Shown here: positions 13,109-26,715 of the stretch, piece after piece
Layout: each line of letters starts with the position of its first letter
How positions within the stretch are numbered: position 1 is the stretch's first letter
Assembly: GCA_028534125.1 (NCBI GenBank)
Contig: CM052817.1
Location: 37,202,001-37,266,000, forward strand
DNA from: Lama glama
Taxonomy: Eukaryota
Direction: 5' to 3'
Length of the DNA: 64,000 nucleotides
Made by a program: the position numbers and the translations under genes
Notes under the pieces: model-generated
The model's database searches: none
What the model saw: only the letters and a program-made list of their open reading frames with translations
What the model was told of the DNA's origin: nothing

Positions 13109-13532
13109 GTGAGATTGTCTTCTTTTTTTCTTTTCTCATCCTCTTCAGTGTATTATGAAAAATAAAGGTTTCTGTAACCAGGCAAATTTTTGGTGCTGTA
13201 CTACTTACAGCCAGGATGATTTTAGTTTCAATCCTTCTTTAAAGGAGAAGGGACAAGGGAGGGTAAGTAAAGGGAGCTTAACATAAGAAAAAATTATTAT
13301 ACTAATTATATGTTAATATTCACTGTTTCTTAGTTTAACTTCTGAAAATTCTTAGCCCTAAAACAAGTAGCTATTATTAGTGAAATGAGTAAATTGCTGT
13401 TGGTCAAAAAAGCTTTCAACTTATGAATTTAAAAATCTTAATGTATTCATTTACGCTTGATGTAGGTTAGGAGTCAGAATTCTTGGTTTATGTAGCTGCA
13501 CTAGTGTTTTATTGAATGTTTCTATTCTGGTA

Positions 13533-13865
13533 CAGGCATATCTCGTTTTATTGCATTTTGCTTTATTGCATTTTGCTTTATTGCATTTAACATATATTGC
13601 TTTTTTTATAAACAAATTGAAGGTTTGTCAAAGCAACCCTGAGTTGTCAAATGATGGTTAGCACTACTTAGCAATAAAGTATTTTTTAATTAAGGTATGT
13701 ACACTGATTTTTAGACATAATGCTGTTGCACACTTTTAGGATAGTCTAAACATAAATTTCATATGCATTGGGAAACCAAAAAACTTGTGTGACCTGCTTT
13801 ATTTCAATATTTGCTTTATTGCAGTGGTCTGGAATTGAACATGCAGTATCTCCAAGATAAGCCTG
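13533..13865 (+). mobile_element. Tigger1-derived non-autonomous DNA transposon
   Basis: TA|CAGGCATATCTCG ... CCAAGATAAGCCTG|TA terminal inverted repeats; internal ACAAATTGAAGGTTTG..GCAACCCTG typical of Tigger1. Confidence 0.85.
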
Positions 13866-16800
13866 TAATTTCACCTCTATTTCAATACTGTTGTCTGTTA
13901 AGTGAGATTGTTTATCTATACCTGATAGTGAAGTAGAGTCTATTTAGACTTGGATGAATAAGTCTTTGGTAGAGTTTGTCTGAGTCTATAGGATCATGTT
14001 GCTCTGCTACAAAAGACGATTTTAATAAAATTAGAAAATTGATAAAGCAGTGTGGAAGAACATGTTTTCTAATTGTTTCTCATTTCTCATTTAAAATACT
14101 TTATTATTATTCATATCTTGCAGTGTAATAATTAAATTCTTTTGGTGATTTATGTGCATCCATGCAGTATTTTCCACATAAGATTTACCACTTTGCGATC
14201 TCTCAGGTTTTACTTTCTGCTTCTTATTAGTCAAATTCTTAAGAGGTCAGAATTGTGGGGATTGAGGCCATCCTCGGAGAGTCAGATCAGGAGGCCGTCA
14301 GTAAAAGTCCATAAACTGAAAACATAAATGCTTGAGTTTCAAGCCCAGAATGTTCAGGAGTCTAGTGTTACACTGTGAATAAGTGACTCCTGTTCTTTTT
14401 ACTTAAACTCTTAGTCCTTATATGTTTCTAGGTCCTAAAATATTGAGAAGGAAGCCATTAAATAATTTTACTAGCTTTGTGTGAAATTTAGCCATGTGTG
14501 TATTTTAAGGAAGGAACACCTAAACTCTTTGATCTGTGTAGCATATTATGTTTAATGCCATTGTTCTCATTTTCAACTCTAGTGTGAAATTCAGTGACCC
14601 ACACTGGCCTTGACAAAAATAAAATGTAAAATAGATTATTTGTATAATAGATTATCAGTTCATTATATTAATATGTGTTGGAAAATAATTAAGTAGAATG
14701 TTATTATATAAGTTTTATAATTGGACTTTAGGATGATTTTTACTAGCTGCTACATATAAACTTAAGTGAAAAAATAAGGATACAGTCATTTTAGGGCAAA
14801 TGATAACTAATTTCATAACTTTTCTTTATTGGTAACTTCAGCAATAGGTTGAAATGAAAACTTAAGAAGAATCTATGCTGGAAACCCAAAAATACTGTGT
14901 TTGAAGCAGAGGTCTTTGGTAATGAGAAGCTTCACTAATTTAAAGGAGCTTTCATTTTTATTTTTTCAACTAAAATTAATTAGGTTTTTGTGATGAATAA
15001 GTGAATTGATAACATGTAAAGTCCTTAAAAGAGTGCTTAGTGCATAAAAAAAATAAATATCAGCTGCTAGGTTCATTACGTGCACTATTATTGTTTTTCC
15101 AAAGAGTGTCAGATAATTCTGCTATGGTATATTCTGTTCTTATTTATTAGAAAGAATTACAACTTAATCTTTTAGCAAGTCTGCTCTTGGATTCATTTAA
15201 TTGTAATTCAGCATTTCTTAAACTTTTGTAATTTAACTATCACAGAACAACTAAACCAAATAGGATTATGGATAGTTTACAATGCTCTGTTTGACATAAA
15301 CTTCACTTTTTACATTCATATAACCTTAAGGGTTATGCCTTGACATATTCATCTCCTTTTTGCTATTTGTTTCTGTTGATCATTATTGCTTTTAGAATAA
15401 ACATTTTAGAAAGACAATTATCAAGACTTGTTTTGTTGTTCATATGTAAGGCCATTAGTGCATTTTAAAATTCCAAAGTGAGCACCTATATTAGAAACAA
15501 CAAATAAATTCGTTTAACAGATATTTACTAAGATCTTACCCTACTACATGGAGAGTATAAGTAAATTTGAATAATATGCTGTCCTTGCCGTAAAGGAATT
15601 TGAAGGTTAGCCAGAGATAGGCACGTTCACAGCTAACTATAATACAACTTAGTGATTGTCATTTTGTGGTATTTTTATGGAAGCATGGGAGAAGATCTAT
15701 TATGTCTGAGAGGTGATTGGAAAGGCTTCACTTAGGAGACTATATTATCTTGAGGTCATTCCAGGGAGAGGTAAAACTTGTTTATACTTTATTACATTTA
15801 TTAGAGAAATATTTTAAAATAGTATATCTAGTGGCAGGTCTAAAATTACATCTGAGGGAAGCTTCGTAAGGGCAACAGTTTGGGGACAGGGCAGAGGGAA
15901 GTTGTCTTGAAGGGGTATTGCATAGCACTCATAATGCTTAGATTGTATGTCACAGATCGACAAGAGTGGCATTTACAAAGATGCTTTTACCTATACTTTA
16001 TGTTGCTTGAGGAAGTGTCATTGTTCTTTTTAAAGATAACAGTTAATTTTACTTGACGAGTTTAATAGGGATTATTAGAGGAGGACAACCCCCTAACATC
16101 ATCTCTTGATGCCACCATTGAATATGTTTCATTCATAGTATTTGGCTTCTTTTTTTTTTTTTTTTTGATATGTATGCTTCTGTGATTTTTTTTTAGGCAA
16201 GTATTTATAGGAGTCTAATAAACATGTTGAAGTCTATAAGTGTTATAATTATTTGCTGTCAAAACTTTCAACTGACCAAGTAAGAATAAGAGCTCTGAAA
16301 AATTGCAGGGAAATAAAATATGTAAACTACATTAGAGTAGTATAATTCCCAGAGGTAGAAATGATAAAATTATTATCCTTATAAATGTAACAGTTAATTC
16401 CTGACTAGAAAACAGACATAATTTAATAGAAGCGAAAGTGATTTTATAATTAACATTTAAATATTCTGTGTTAAGAAATCTAATAAAATTATGATCACTT
16501 TTACTTTTATCCATTCAACTAGTAAATCAGTATTTTGATTTTTTTTCATGTTGCTCAGAAAAGGAGGTATTGAAGTATTTATATTCATAGATCCTTTAAC
16601 CCCCAAAATGCTACCTAAAAATTGTTTCCATTGTGAAAGTTTTTAAAATAAATGTGGTAAGATTGTAGAACAGTGAATGTGGCTAGACATTTCAATATGC
16701 TAATTCACTGTAAGCTAAGACATTATCTTGAGCCTTATACGTTTAACCCCTTCTTAACCTTGGCAATTAAACATGTTTTTTGGCTACTCAAACTGATTAA

Positions 16801-19800
16801 AATTTTTGGCTTAATGAAAAGAGTAGCTAATTGAGCTAAAAGGGCAAAATTACAAGGGATTAAACTGAAAAATCAGAATATAGCTTATATACATACATAA
16901 AAGGAGACGGGTATATAGGCTTTTTTCCCTTCAGTCTTTGTTTCTGTACTGCTATGTGTCTTCTGCACTTTTATTTCTATGTAGTTCTTAAACATTTAGC
17001 TTGAATTACTGTTGTGGCATAATCACAAACATTTCAAGCTAATATACTTTAGTTTTTGTTTTAATTATAAAAAAATTTTTGGTATATTAGTTAAAAACAT
17101 ACTTAACTATTAATACTTAGAAATGAAACAAATCTAAGGACAACTAGTTCACAAAAGAATAGTTCACAGAATAGCCAAATTTTTAGAAAGCACTAAATAT
17201 GGCAAAGAAGAAAAAAAAATCGTTGAAAAATTCTTCCCTTATCAACGTATTGAACATTTAACACATTTATTGCTTTTGAAATTTTGGTGAAGGAAGTATT
17301 TTCAAACACTGCTGGTGGATATGTAAATTGGTTCATTGTTTTTCACAGATGGTTTGGCAGTATATATGAAGAGCTATAAAAAGCTTACATTTATTGATTC
17401 ATTAATTCCGCTTTTCAGATTTTACCTTAAGGAAGTATTCTGAAATGCTGAAGAAACCTCTGCTCTAAAATGCTGTTTGTGTTTAAAATATGGAAAAGTT
17501 GTCCAAATGGCTGATATCTCAGTAGTTAAATGAGTTGTGTTACATCCACTGTATAGGATAATATACGGCCAATAAGCATGAAGGTTTCAGCGTTTTCAGA
17601 AACTTAGGAAAAGATGACAAAGTTCAGGACAATCTCAGTTATGTTTCAAAATGCATGGGAAAAAGTTAAAATAATATCAACAGGTTGACATATTTGTTGA
17701 ATTGTGAGTAAATTTTTTCCCTTATATTTTTCTGTGCTTTCTTGATTTTTACACATTGAATATGTGTTTTAGTTAGAGGAGGAAGAAAACTTGAAAAGTA
17801 AGTGACCTTTAATATAAGATAATAGATAGGTTCATTTTGTAAGTCAGAACTGATAGTTAATAGAATTTTTATTCTTTGTTTAATTTTTTATGTCATTTTT
17901 AGTTCATTTTTAAAAATCTCATAATTCAGCAGATCATTTATTGTTTTTAGACAGAGTTCTACTTAGTTTGTCATGTAGTTTTTCTGGTTGGACCTAAATA
18001 CTGAATTCAGCAATAAAAATTAAGGGTGCTTGACTTCCCCTAGTATCCCTTCCCACCAGACCTCCACGTTGAAAGTGAGATGCTTTATCAAACTCAAAGC
18101 CTTTGTTTCATTGTATTTTGATCCATGTTGGCTGATCTGTGGGAAATTACTCAAGGTTTTGATTAGATGTTTGTATTTCAAGCTTTTATTAAATAAGGGA
18201 TCATTATATTAGTTGATATTCTACATATTTAACTGCTTGAGTTTTAGCTTGACTTTTTTTCCTCTGAGCATCTTGAATTATTCTTTTGTTCAGTGATCTA
18301 ATAAAAATGTAAACTAAAAAATTCATTAGTTATCAAGGACATACACTGTAGTATTTATCTCTATAATTTTAAATTATATAATCTAGCATCTAATATTTTA
18401 TAGTTTGTGTATTTTTCACCCAGTTTTAAGCATCTAGTTTTTAGACTTTTATTTTTTCATTTTAAAATTTCTGATGAGATGCTTTTGATAATCGGTAATT
18501 ATTTTTATGTACTAGAGAAGAAAAATTTGGGAGTAAACACTTAAGAGTATAATGACACTCTATAGTGTTAAAGGAGAATTAATGAATGCATAAAAGTTAA
18601 TTTTTTTTAATGTTCCTGTTTCATACATATGGCTTAAAGATCTTTTTAAAGTTAAGGTGGGTATTCTCAAAGGGTACATAGGGGTGTGTTTGAATGTGTA
18701 TTAAATATCTATTTTACATAATTTGAATCAAACTAGAGTTAAAGAGAAACAGCCTTATTATAAGCAATATGAAAATAGCTTGCAAGCTATTGATTTGTAC
18801 AGCTTAGATGAGAAGGCAGTATTAAAATGATTATTTGGAAATTGTAAAACCTTATTTTATAATACTATTATATAATAGTTGTTTCAGCAGTTTTATGTCA
18901 TGTGAGATTTACAGATATTTACATAGAAATTAAATATCAGTGGTGTCCAGTGCAGATAATCCAAAAAAGAATACTTTTAGACTATTTTTAAATGTTTAAT
19001 GCCAGATTTCAGATCCCATTTTAAGGTTGAAGTAAATTTGAGATCATTTCAAGCTTTTTGCTGCGGTCTAGGTTACAACTTGAGTCTCAGTGGAATCTAA
19101 ATCCTGCCTTGTGAATTCTTTTAAAAAACTAAATATCGTATAACTGGCAGAAACAACCTTCCTGTACTTACTGAAATAAGTGATATTCATTAATGAAAAA
19201 AGTTGGGTGAAGGGAATTTATAAGCAAAACCATTTACACATTGTAACATTCCTCAGGCTTTTTTTATGTTTAGAGTTCTTATTTTAAAATTAGTTCCCAA
19301 ATAATGAGACACAACTATCAGTGTATTATATAATCAAAAATGCTACATGAAAACAGGAAAATTGCTAAAACATAGGTAATCCTGTTACTTGTACTCATTG
19401 ATTATTTAACATAAAGTGCTGGGAAAACCAGATACCTTTTTTTTTTTTTTTTACATAGTAGTTATCTGTCATCTCAGTACTAGAAACTTCCAGATGGAAA
19501 TAAAGATTTAAGTGAAAAACATAAAACCATAAAAGTACTAGAAAACGTACTTGAAGTAAATATTTATGGAATATTAGAGTGACTCCCATTTCAAACATAG
19601 CACCTAAGACAGAAATCATAAAGAAAAAGATTCATTTTTTAAAAATTCATAGGGAGTGAATAAAATTCAGAAGCACACTTACAAAAGAGAAAAGTGTGAA
19701 ATATATATGGCAAATGACTTAATATTCTAAACATCTGAGGAGTTCTTACAAATAAAAAGTCATAGAAAAAGAGTTCACCGAAGAAGTACAAATAGCCCAA

Positions 19801-19801
19801 A

Positions 19802-19947
19802 GGTGGGGGGGAAGGTTTATAGCTCAGTGGTAGAGTGCATGCTTAGCATGCACAAGGCCCTGAGTTCAATCCCTAGGGCCTCCATTAAAAATAAATTAAA
19901 TAAATAAACCCTAATGACTTCTCCAAAAAAAAAAAACAAACAAAAAA
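19802..19947 (+). mobile_element. tRNA-Ala(AGC)-derived SINE (camelid Vic-1-like)
   Basis: A box TAGCTCAGTGG, anticodon arm GCTTAGCATGC, B box GAGTTCAATCC, AT-rich tail and poly(A). Target-site duplication AGCCCAAA at 19794 and 19948. Confidence 0.88.
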
Positions 19948-20514
19948 AGCCCAAAATTTATGAATGATGCAGTCATATTAGTGAAAGAAATATAATCTAA
20001 AACAATGAGATATTTCGTTCATCAAATTGGCAAATACTTCTTAACAAATTAACACTCAGAATATGGCACAAATATTGTAAGTAGAACAGAAATGGACAAT
20101 TTAGCAGTATGTAGGTACAAATTGTACCTATCCTTTGAAGCAGCATTTCTATTTTTAGGAATTTATCTGTGGGAAATAATAGAGAATGTAAATAGATATT
20201 CAGTTACAACAAAGTTTACTACTTTGTCATTTATAATAGCAGACTATTGGAAACAATCTAATTTTCCACAACTAAAGGGGTGAGATTCAGGTTTTTATTA
20301 TGGTTTTATAAAATATGTCATTTCAAAATAATTTAGATAGGAAATGAACAAACCTCAGTTAAGTTCATAGTAGATACTACTAAATTTCTAAACATTTTTT
20401 ACTCTGTTTTTTTTCACTGATAAATTGTGGATAATAAAAGTACCTCCTCATGGGGGTGTTGGGACAATTAAGTGAGTTAATACATGAAAACACTTAGAAT
20501 AGTCCCTGACTTGA

Positions 20515-20945
20515 TGACTGTAGTTACCAATACTGTATGGTTTATTTGAAAGTTGCTAATAGAGTAGGTCTTAAAAGTTCTCATCAGAAAGAAAAGAAAA
20601 ATTGTGATTATGTGAGGTGATAATTTACTAAAACTCATTGTGGTGATTGTCTCACAGTATATACATATATCAAATCATTAGGTTGCATAACTTTTTTGGT
20701 TTTTGTTTTTTAGGTTTTTTTGGGGGTGGGGTGGAGGTAATTAGGTCTGTTTATTTAATTATTTTTTAAATGGAGGTACTGGGGATTGAACCCAGTACCT
20801 TGTGCATGCTGAGCAGCATGCACTCTACCATTTGAGCTATACCCTTCCCCTGTGTTGCATATCTTAAATTTATACAATGTTGTATGTCAATAAAACTTCA
20901 AAAAGTTAAGAAAAAAAAAACCAACTCAACAGATCAAAAAAAAAT
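20515..20945 (+). mobile_element. L1MA-type 3' end interrupted by the SINE, itself inside a MIR
   Basis: TTTGAAAGTTGCTAATAGAGTAGGTCTTAAAAGTTCTCA...ATATATCAAATCATT...TATACAATGTTGTATGTCAAT followed by an A-rich tail. Confidence 0.75.
20694..20850 (-). mobile_element. tRNA-Ala-derived SINE (Vic-1-like), antisense
   Basis: Reverse complement GGGGAAGGGTATAGCTCAAATGGTAGAGTGCATG...GGGTTCAATCCCCAGTACCTCC; TSD GTTGCATA(A/T)CTT at 20682 and 20854. Confidence 0.9.
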
Positions 20946-21284
20946 ACAGTGCCTGATACACAGTTAAGTGCTAGGTGATGTTTGCTGCTGTTCTCATTAA
21001 TTCACAGAATGCTTCTGAAATATTAGATAATATAGAAAAATCATAGTTTATGGTATAGACATTATAGATAACACGTGTAAAAGTTAACTGTCTAATTTGG
21101 AAGAAGAAAATTGCCTGATTTTAAGAAACTGGCCTACATTGAATGTAAGTGACCAAAGCATTACATTGTTAAAACAAATACACTAAATTTGTCTGGAATT
21201 TTTGTCCCTGCTACAGCACATGCTCGATGCTGATCTAAAACTAATTTTGGTATTAAACTGAGTCTTTTTGTTTGTTTTGAACAG

Positions 21285-21833
21285 GTTGGCTCAAAGCTAA
21301 TCTCTTGTCACAAACTGGTATTGGCTTGTGTTATTCCCTACTTCAGAGCCATGTTTCTCTCTGAAATGGCTGAAGCCAAGCAAACACTGATTGAGATCAG
21401 AGATTTTGATGGTGATGCAATAGAAGACTTGGTAAAGTTTGTCTATTCTTCACGGCTCACGTTGACTGTTGACAACGTCCAGCCTCTGTTATATGCAGCC
21501 TGTATTCTACAGGTTGAACTGGTGGCTAGAGCTTGTTGTGAATACATGAAGTTACATTTTCATCCCTCCAACTGTCTGGCAGTAAGAGCCTTTGCAGAAA
21601 GTCACAATCGAATAGACTTAATGGACATGGCAGATCAGTATGCTTGTGAGCATTTTACTGAAGTGGTGGAGTGTGAAGACTTTGTAAGTGTGTCACCCCA
21701 GCATCTCCATAAACTTTTGTCCTCCAGTGATCTAAATATTGAGAATGAAAAGCAGGTCTATAGTGCAGCCATCAAGTGGCTTCTTGCCAATCCCCAGCAT
21801 CATTCCAAATGGTTGGATGAAACACTTGCACAG
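21285..21833 (+). CDS. KLHL8: KLHL8 coding exon 2, BTB and BACK domains
   Basis: Acceptor TTTTGAACAG|; VGSKLISCHKLVLACVIPYFRAMF...KWLDETLAQ (549 nt); donor CAG|GTAGGG. Confidence 0.98.
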
Positions 21834-23076
21834 GTAGGGACTGAAATAAGATTGTGTATAGATATGAAGTGATATGGAAGCAAATCAGCATGTTCCATTT
21901 AGCATAAGAAGTGTAGATTATCCATTGAGGTAATACAGTGTAAAACAGCTTTGATCTTACTTGCCTCCTTACTCACTATACCATTTAAGGATAAGTCTGA
22001 ATGTGTTACATTTGAATTAGAAATACCATTATCTGCTTTTTAATCTGAATATTTAAAATATCCTTTGAGTTAGTAGTAGTAATGAATGTTTTATTTATGC
22101 TAAAATGTTCTGAGGAAACACTGCTACATTAGTTTATAGCTATTTTATAATAAAGTTTCTAAATTTACTGGATTACCTTGCTAATGAAAGTACATTTATT
22201 CCTAATAATTGGATTTATTCTGGAAGGAACTTTAAGACATCATTTTATGTTTTGTTTCCTCACTATAGTTTTACTTTTTCAACGTCAGAATTATATACGA
22301 TGTCTCTTTTTAAATTATTTATTTGTTAATTTATTTTTACTGTCAACAGACATTTTTAACAGGGAGATAACAAATAGGCCTTAGAATTACTTTTGAAAAT
22401 AAGTTTGTCAACCAAAACAAAGTTTTATTTCTGTTTTATCTTGCACCTGTATCTTACTCATGTGTATGTGTGTGCACCTTTAACTCAATCACATAATGTG
22501 GTTTGATCATCCCTTTAATCCACTAGAAAATCAGTGCATCTTTAAGAGAAGAATGATGAGTGCCTCTACTGAAAGAGGGTGCATCCCTGAGTATAACCTT
22601 CCAGGTCACAGAAAACATCACCTATTTGTTTCAGATATGAATTCTTACACATACATGTGTGAAAAATAAATCACATTTCCATACATTCAGTCTTAGCTTT
22701 AAAAGGCCAGAGAACAAAGCACCACAATTTTGTTTTGATTATGCCTATTCTGTAGCAGCAAGGCGCCTTGCGATTATGACAGTACCATTTTTGGAAGTGC
22801 ATAAGTAACTTGACTGAGGACAATTGAATGATTTTATCCAGTCTACTTAAATCTGTATTTAAAAGGGAAGATATATTTAATATGTAATCTCATTTCATTA
22901 GTGCAGACCAATACTGGAAATTGCTTTAGAACTTGGCACTTTGAACTACATTCACATGTTAGAAAGGATTTATGAAGTAAATGAGTTTTAAAGAGAGAAC
23001 ATGCTGCAGTGAAAGTAGAGAATGAGCTATCCAATTGCAAGTTAAGTTTTATATCTGCAACTATTCACGATCTTAG

Positions 23077-23263
23077 GTTCGTTTGCCGCTGTTGCCAGTT
23101 GACTTTCTTATGGGTGTTGTGGCAAAAGAACAGATTGTCAAGCAAAATCTAAAATGTAGAGATTTATTGGATGAAGCAAGAAATTATCACCTTCACTTGA
23201 GTAGCAGAGCAGTACCTGACTTTGAATACTCCATTCGGACTACTCCAAGGAAGCATACTGCTG
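23077..23263 (+). CDS. KLHL8: KLHL8 coding exon 3, end of BACK domain
   Basis: Acceptor TCTTAG|; VRLPLLPVDFLMGVV...TTPRKHTA+G (187 nt); donor G|GTAATT. Confidence 0.97.
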
Positions 23264-25450
23264 GTAATTAAATTACTTATTTTATCAACTCTGCTGAAAA
23301 GAGTTTTGTTGTATTTCAGGGTTGGCTATATATGCCCAAACCTAATTGTAAGATGGTTAGTATCTGATTGTCTTAAATTAATGACTGGCAGATAAGGATA
23401 CATATGAATTCTTGACTGTACGTGATTCAGGTAGTTGTAGCAATAAGCCAGTTTTTTAAAAAGCTGTAGTATGACCTATGCATTCTGAAGAGCTCGCTGA
23501 AGTATCTTGTCTATTGGTGTCTTTTTGATTCTCCCAGGCAGAATTAGTTCCTCTGTCACTTGTGTTTTTAGAGCACTTATTTTGCACTTATTTTACTATG
23601 TTGCATTGAAATTTATTTGACATATTTTGAACCCTTCAAAGACAGAGAAGTATTTTATTAGAGTTGCATCCCTAGTGCTAAGGATGCAGCTTGATGTGTA
23701 TTATGTATTTAAGTATTTGTTTTTGCATTTCATCAAATCAAAAGACACTAAATACACCTAACGTTACTATAATAGACCATATTAGACTCTTAGAATCTAA
23801 AGCTCTTTTATTTGAGGAGGCATGCGTTTTTTTGCTTGTACTTCCCACAATTTTCAGACTTCGTATTTTCTCGAGAAAGTAGTTTATGTTCACTTATGTT
23901 CTTCTTTAGAAATATAAAGGATATATTTGTGAGATAAGGGAAAATAAATGAGGTTTATGAATTCAATGATCAGTACTCAGAACAGAGACCTTGTACATTT
24001 GCTACTACGTAATACAATTATCAAATAAGAGATCCATGGACTAGCCTAAAACCAACAATAAAAGGCAGTACTCTATTATGAATAGTGGGATCTTTACCTA
24101 GGTAGTATAAAGAAAGTTTGAATGTCGTAGATCTGCCTATGAAGAAGTAATTCTTCAGAATAATTAGTTTAACATGAAAAGGACTGCTTATTTATTTTCC
24201 TTTTTTATAGGTTAATTTAACATTAATTTTGTTTGCAGTTAAGATTTTTTTCTTTTCTTTTGAATTCTGTTTTAGGAAGTCAAGGTATTCTTCAGATTCA
24301 GATTTGAATTCAAACGACATCTTGGCAGCTTAGATGATATGCCAAACATTCTAGACCCTCGTATACATGATCTCTTATGTGACTGCAAGAACTTTAGGAA
24401 GTAGATTTAGTGAAGGATTTGATCCTCATGAGCACGGGGGTATTATTCCATTTTACGGATGAGGAAACTGAGAATTAGAGCAGGAAAGGCCCACAACATA
24501 GCAGAGAAAGGATTTGCATCCTAATATTTTTACTTCATTTTAGTTTGTCCTTTCATGTCGTGTTCCTAGGTGACCTATATAGCTGAAATATTAGTGTCCA
24601 CTTAAATAAAATCTAATCATTGATTGGGCTTACATTCTGGGATTGTAACTCCAGACTGTGCCACTAAACATTTGTAATTTGGGGCAGATTTCTTAATCTC
24701 TGAAGGCCTCAGTTTATTTATAAGTAATTTGGACTGGGATAATCTTTAAAGTCTCTTCCAACTTTAAATTTCCCTGATTTAAAATATTTAATTAGTTGGG
24801 AAACTGCACAAGTAGCTCTGGTTATTCATTTATGCAGTCATTCCGCAGACATATAATTGCTTTCCACGGGGCAGGTTCTGGGTTAGGCATTAGAAATGAA
24901 ATGCAAACACAAATGGAGTATAGCCAGGCCTGTATTGAGAGAGAGAACTTTTAGTCTGATCTAGGGAAATAAACGTATGAATAAGTAAATGCAATAAAGT
25001 ATTACTAGTACTTTGATGTAATCACAAGGTATGGTGGGAGACAAAAAGAAAAGAGTGGATATTTTTACTTTGGAAGGGACAAAAAAGGTTTTATGGAGAA
25101 GGTAACCCCCAGTCTTAGTTTTGAATAATAGGTATTCTTCTGGGTGCCACTAAGAGAAGGACATTCAGTTCATTTTACATTTATTGAATGCTTAGTACCT
25201 GCTAGACATTGTGCTAGTCTTTATTAGTGCATAAACCCTTAACACACCATCTTAATCTAGTTTAGATTCTGGTGACAGATAATCATCATTTCAGTACTGT
25301 ATGTTAAATGAATAATAGTTACCAAAAGTTGGCTGTCAGAACACCGAGGATGACCACAGCAGGAGTATGAACATTAAGAGAATGAGACGCAGAAGATCAA
25401 GTTAGACACTGCCAGGCCATTATGCTGTTTTAAGGCTCTGTCTTGCAGAG

Positions 25451-25756
25451 CAGTGGTTCTCACTGTGTGAAGCAAGTGGTGGCCCCCTGACCAGCAACAT
25501 CAGCATTCACTTGGGAACTTTTTAGAAATACAAAATTTTGGACCTACCCCAGACCTAATGAATCAGAAACTCTTGGGGTAAAGGGGTCAGCCTAACAATC
25601 TGTGTTCTACGCTCTCCAAGTGATTCTGTACCACACTGAAGTTTTGATCTTTTTTTAAAAATTGTAATAAAATACATACAGTATAAAAATTGCCACTTTA
25701 ACTATTTTTAAAATGTATAATTTAGTGGCATATGATAAAATTTTTAAGAACTGCTG
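25451..25756. mobile_element. MER5A-like hAT relic with a small internal L1 fragment
   Basis: CAGTGGTTCTCA...CAGCAACATCAGCAT...CCCCAGACCTAATGAATCAGAAACTCT...AGAACTGCTG. Confidence 0.75.
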
Positions 25757-26571
25757 ATGTAGGTAATGAAAAGCTGTTGAGAGAGTCTTTAATTAGATTA
25801 TTTGGTTGATAGCCTGAAAGCAGAAAGAGTACTGAGTACTAAGTGACAAGAGAAAACAAGATTCTGCAGTAATAGCTGATGAGGGCCTGCACTAATGCAG
25901 TGGCAGTGGGAATATTGAGGGAGAGGAAGGAAGAGGTTGTTTAGGTAGGTGAGGAAGAAAAATGCTTTTGAACATTTTGGTTTGAGGTGCCTATGGGACA
26001 CCAAGTGGAAATGTGGCTTAGAAATGGATGTTGAAAGGCATTATGATACAGATGGAATTTTAAGTGAAGTATTGAATTTTTCCTGTGTGAGCGTGGAGTA
26101 TCTGAGAAATAGGCTAAAAATGAAACATAGAAAACATAGGAAAGAGAGAAATGACTGGAAACGAAACGAGACCTTGATATTATGGAAATCAAGAGTGATA
26201 AGGAGTTTCAAAAAAAAGGGTGATCAACATATCAAATATTTTAATTGTGTCCCATCAGAAATTAACTTTATGAGCTTTTTAGCTTTTGTAATGGCCTGAG
26301 CAAGAGCAATTTTACAGAGTGGGTGAGAGTTTTAACCACTTCTTAGTGGGATGTTAGCAAGCAGAGATAACTGATGTATCCTATTTGAGAAATTCAAAGG
26401 AGGGAAAAAGAAAAATTTAGATTTTTAGTACTATAATGACATTAAATGCTATCCAAATAACTCATTTTTTTGGCCATGAATCAAAATTTTGACTTTCTAA
26501 ATTTTTTTCTGTACTTACTTAAAAAAAAATAACTGTGATTTTTAGCCTCTATTTTGTGTCTTTACCTTTAG

Positions 26572-26715
26572 GTGTGCTGTTTTGTGTAGGTGGTCGAGGT
26601 GGATCAGGTGACCCCTTTCGCAGTATTGAATGCTATTCTATCAACAAAAACAGTTGGTTCTTTGGACCAGAAATGAATAGTCGAAGGCGACATGTGGGTG
26701 TAATTTCAGTGGAAG
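26572..26715 (+). CDS. KLHL8: KLHL8 coding exon 4, Kelch repeat 1
   Basis: Acceptor CCTTTAG|; (G)VLFCVGGRGGSGDPFRSIECYS...HVGVISVE+G (144 nt); donor AAG|GTGGGT. Confidence 0.97.
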
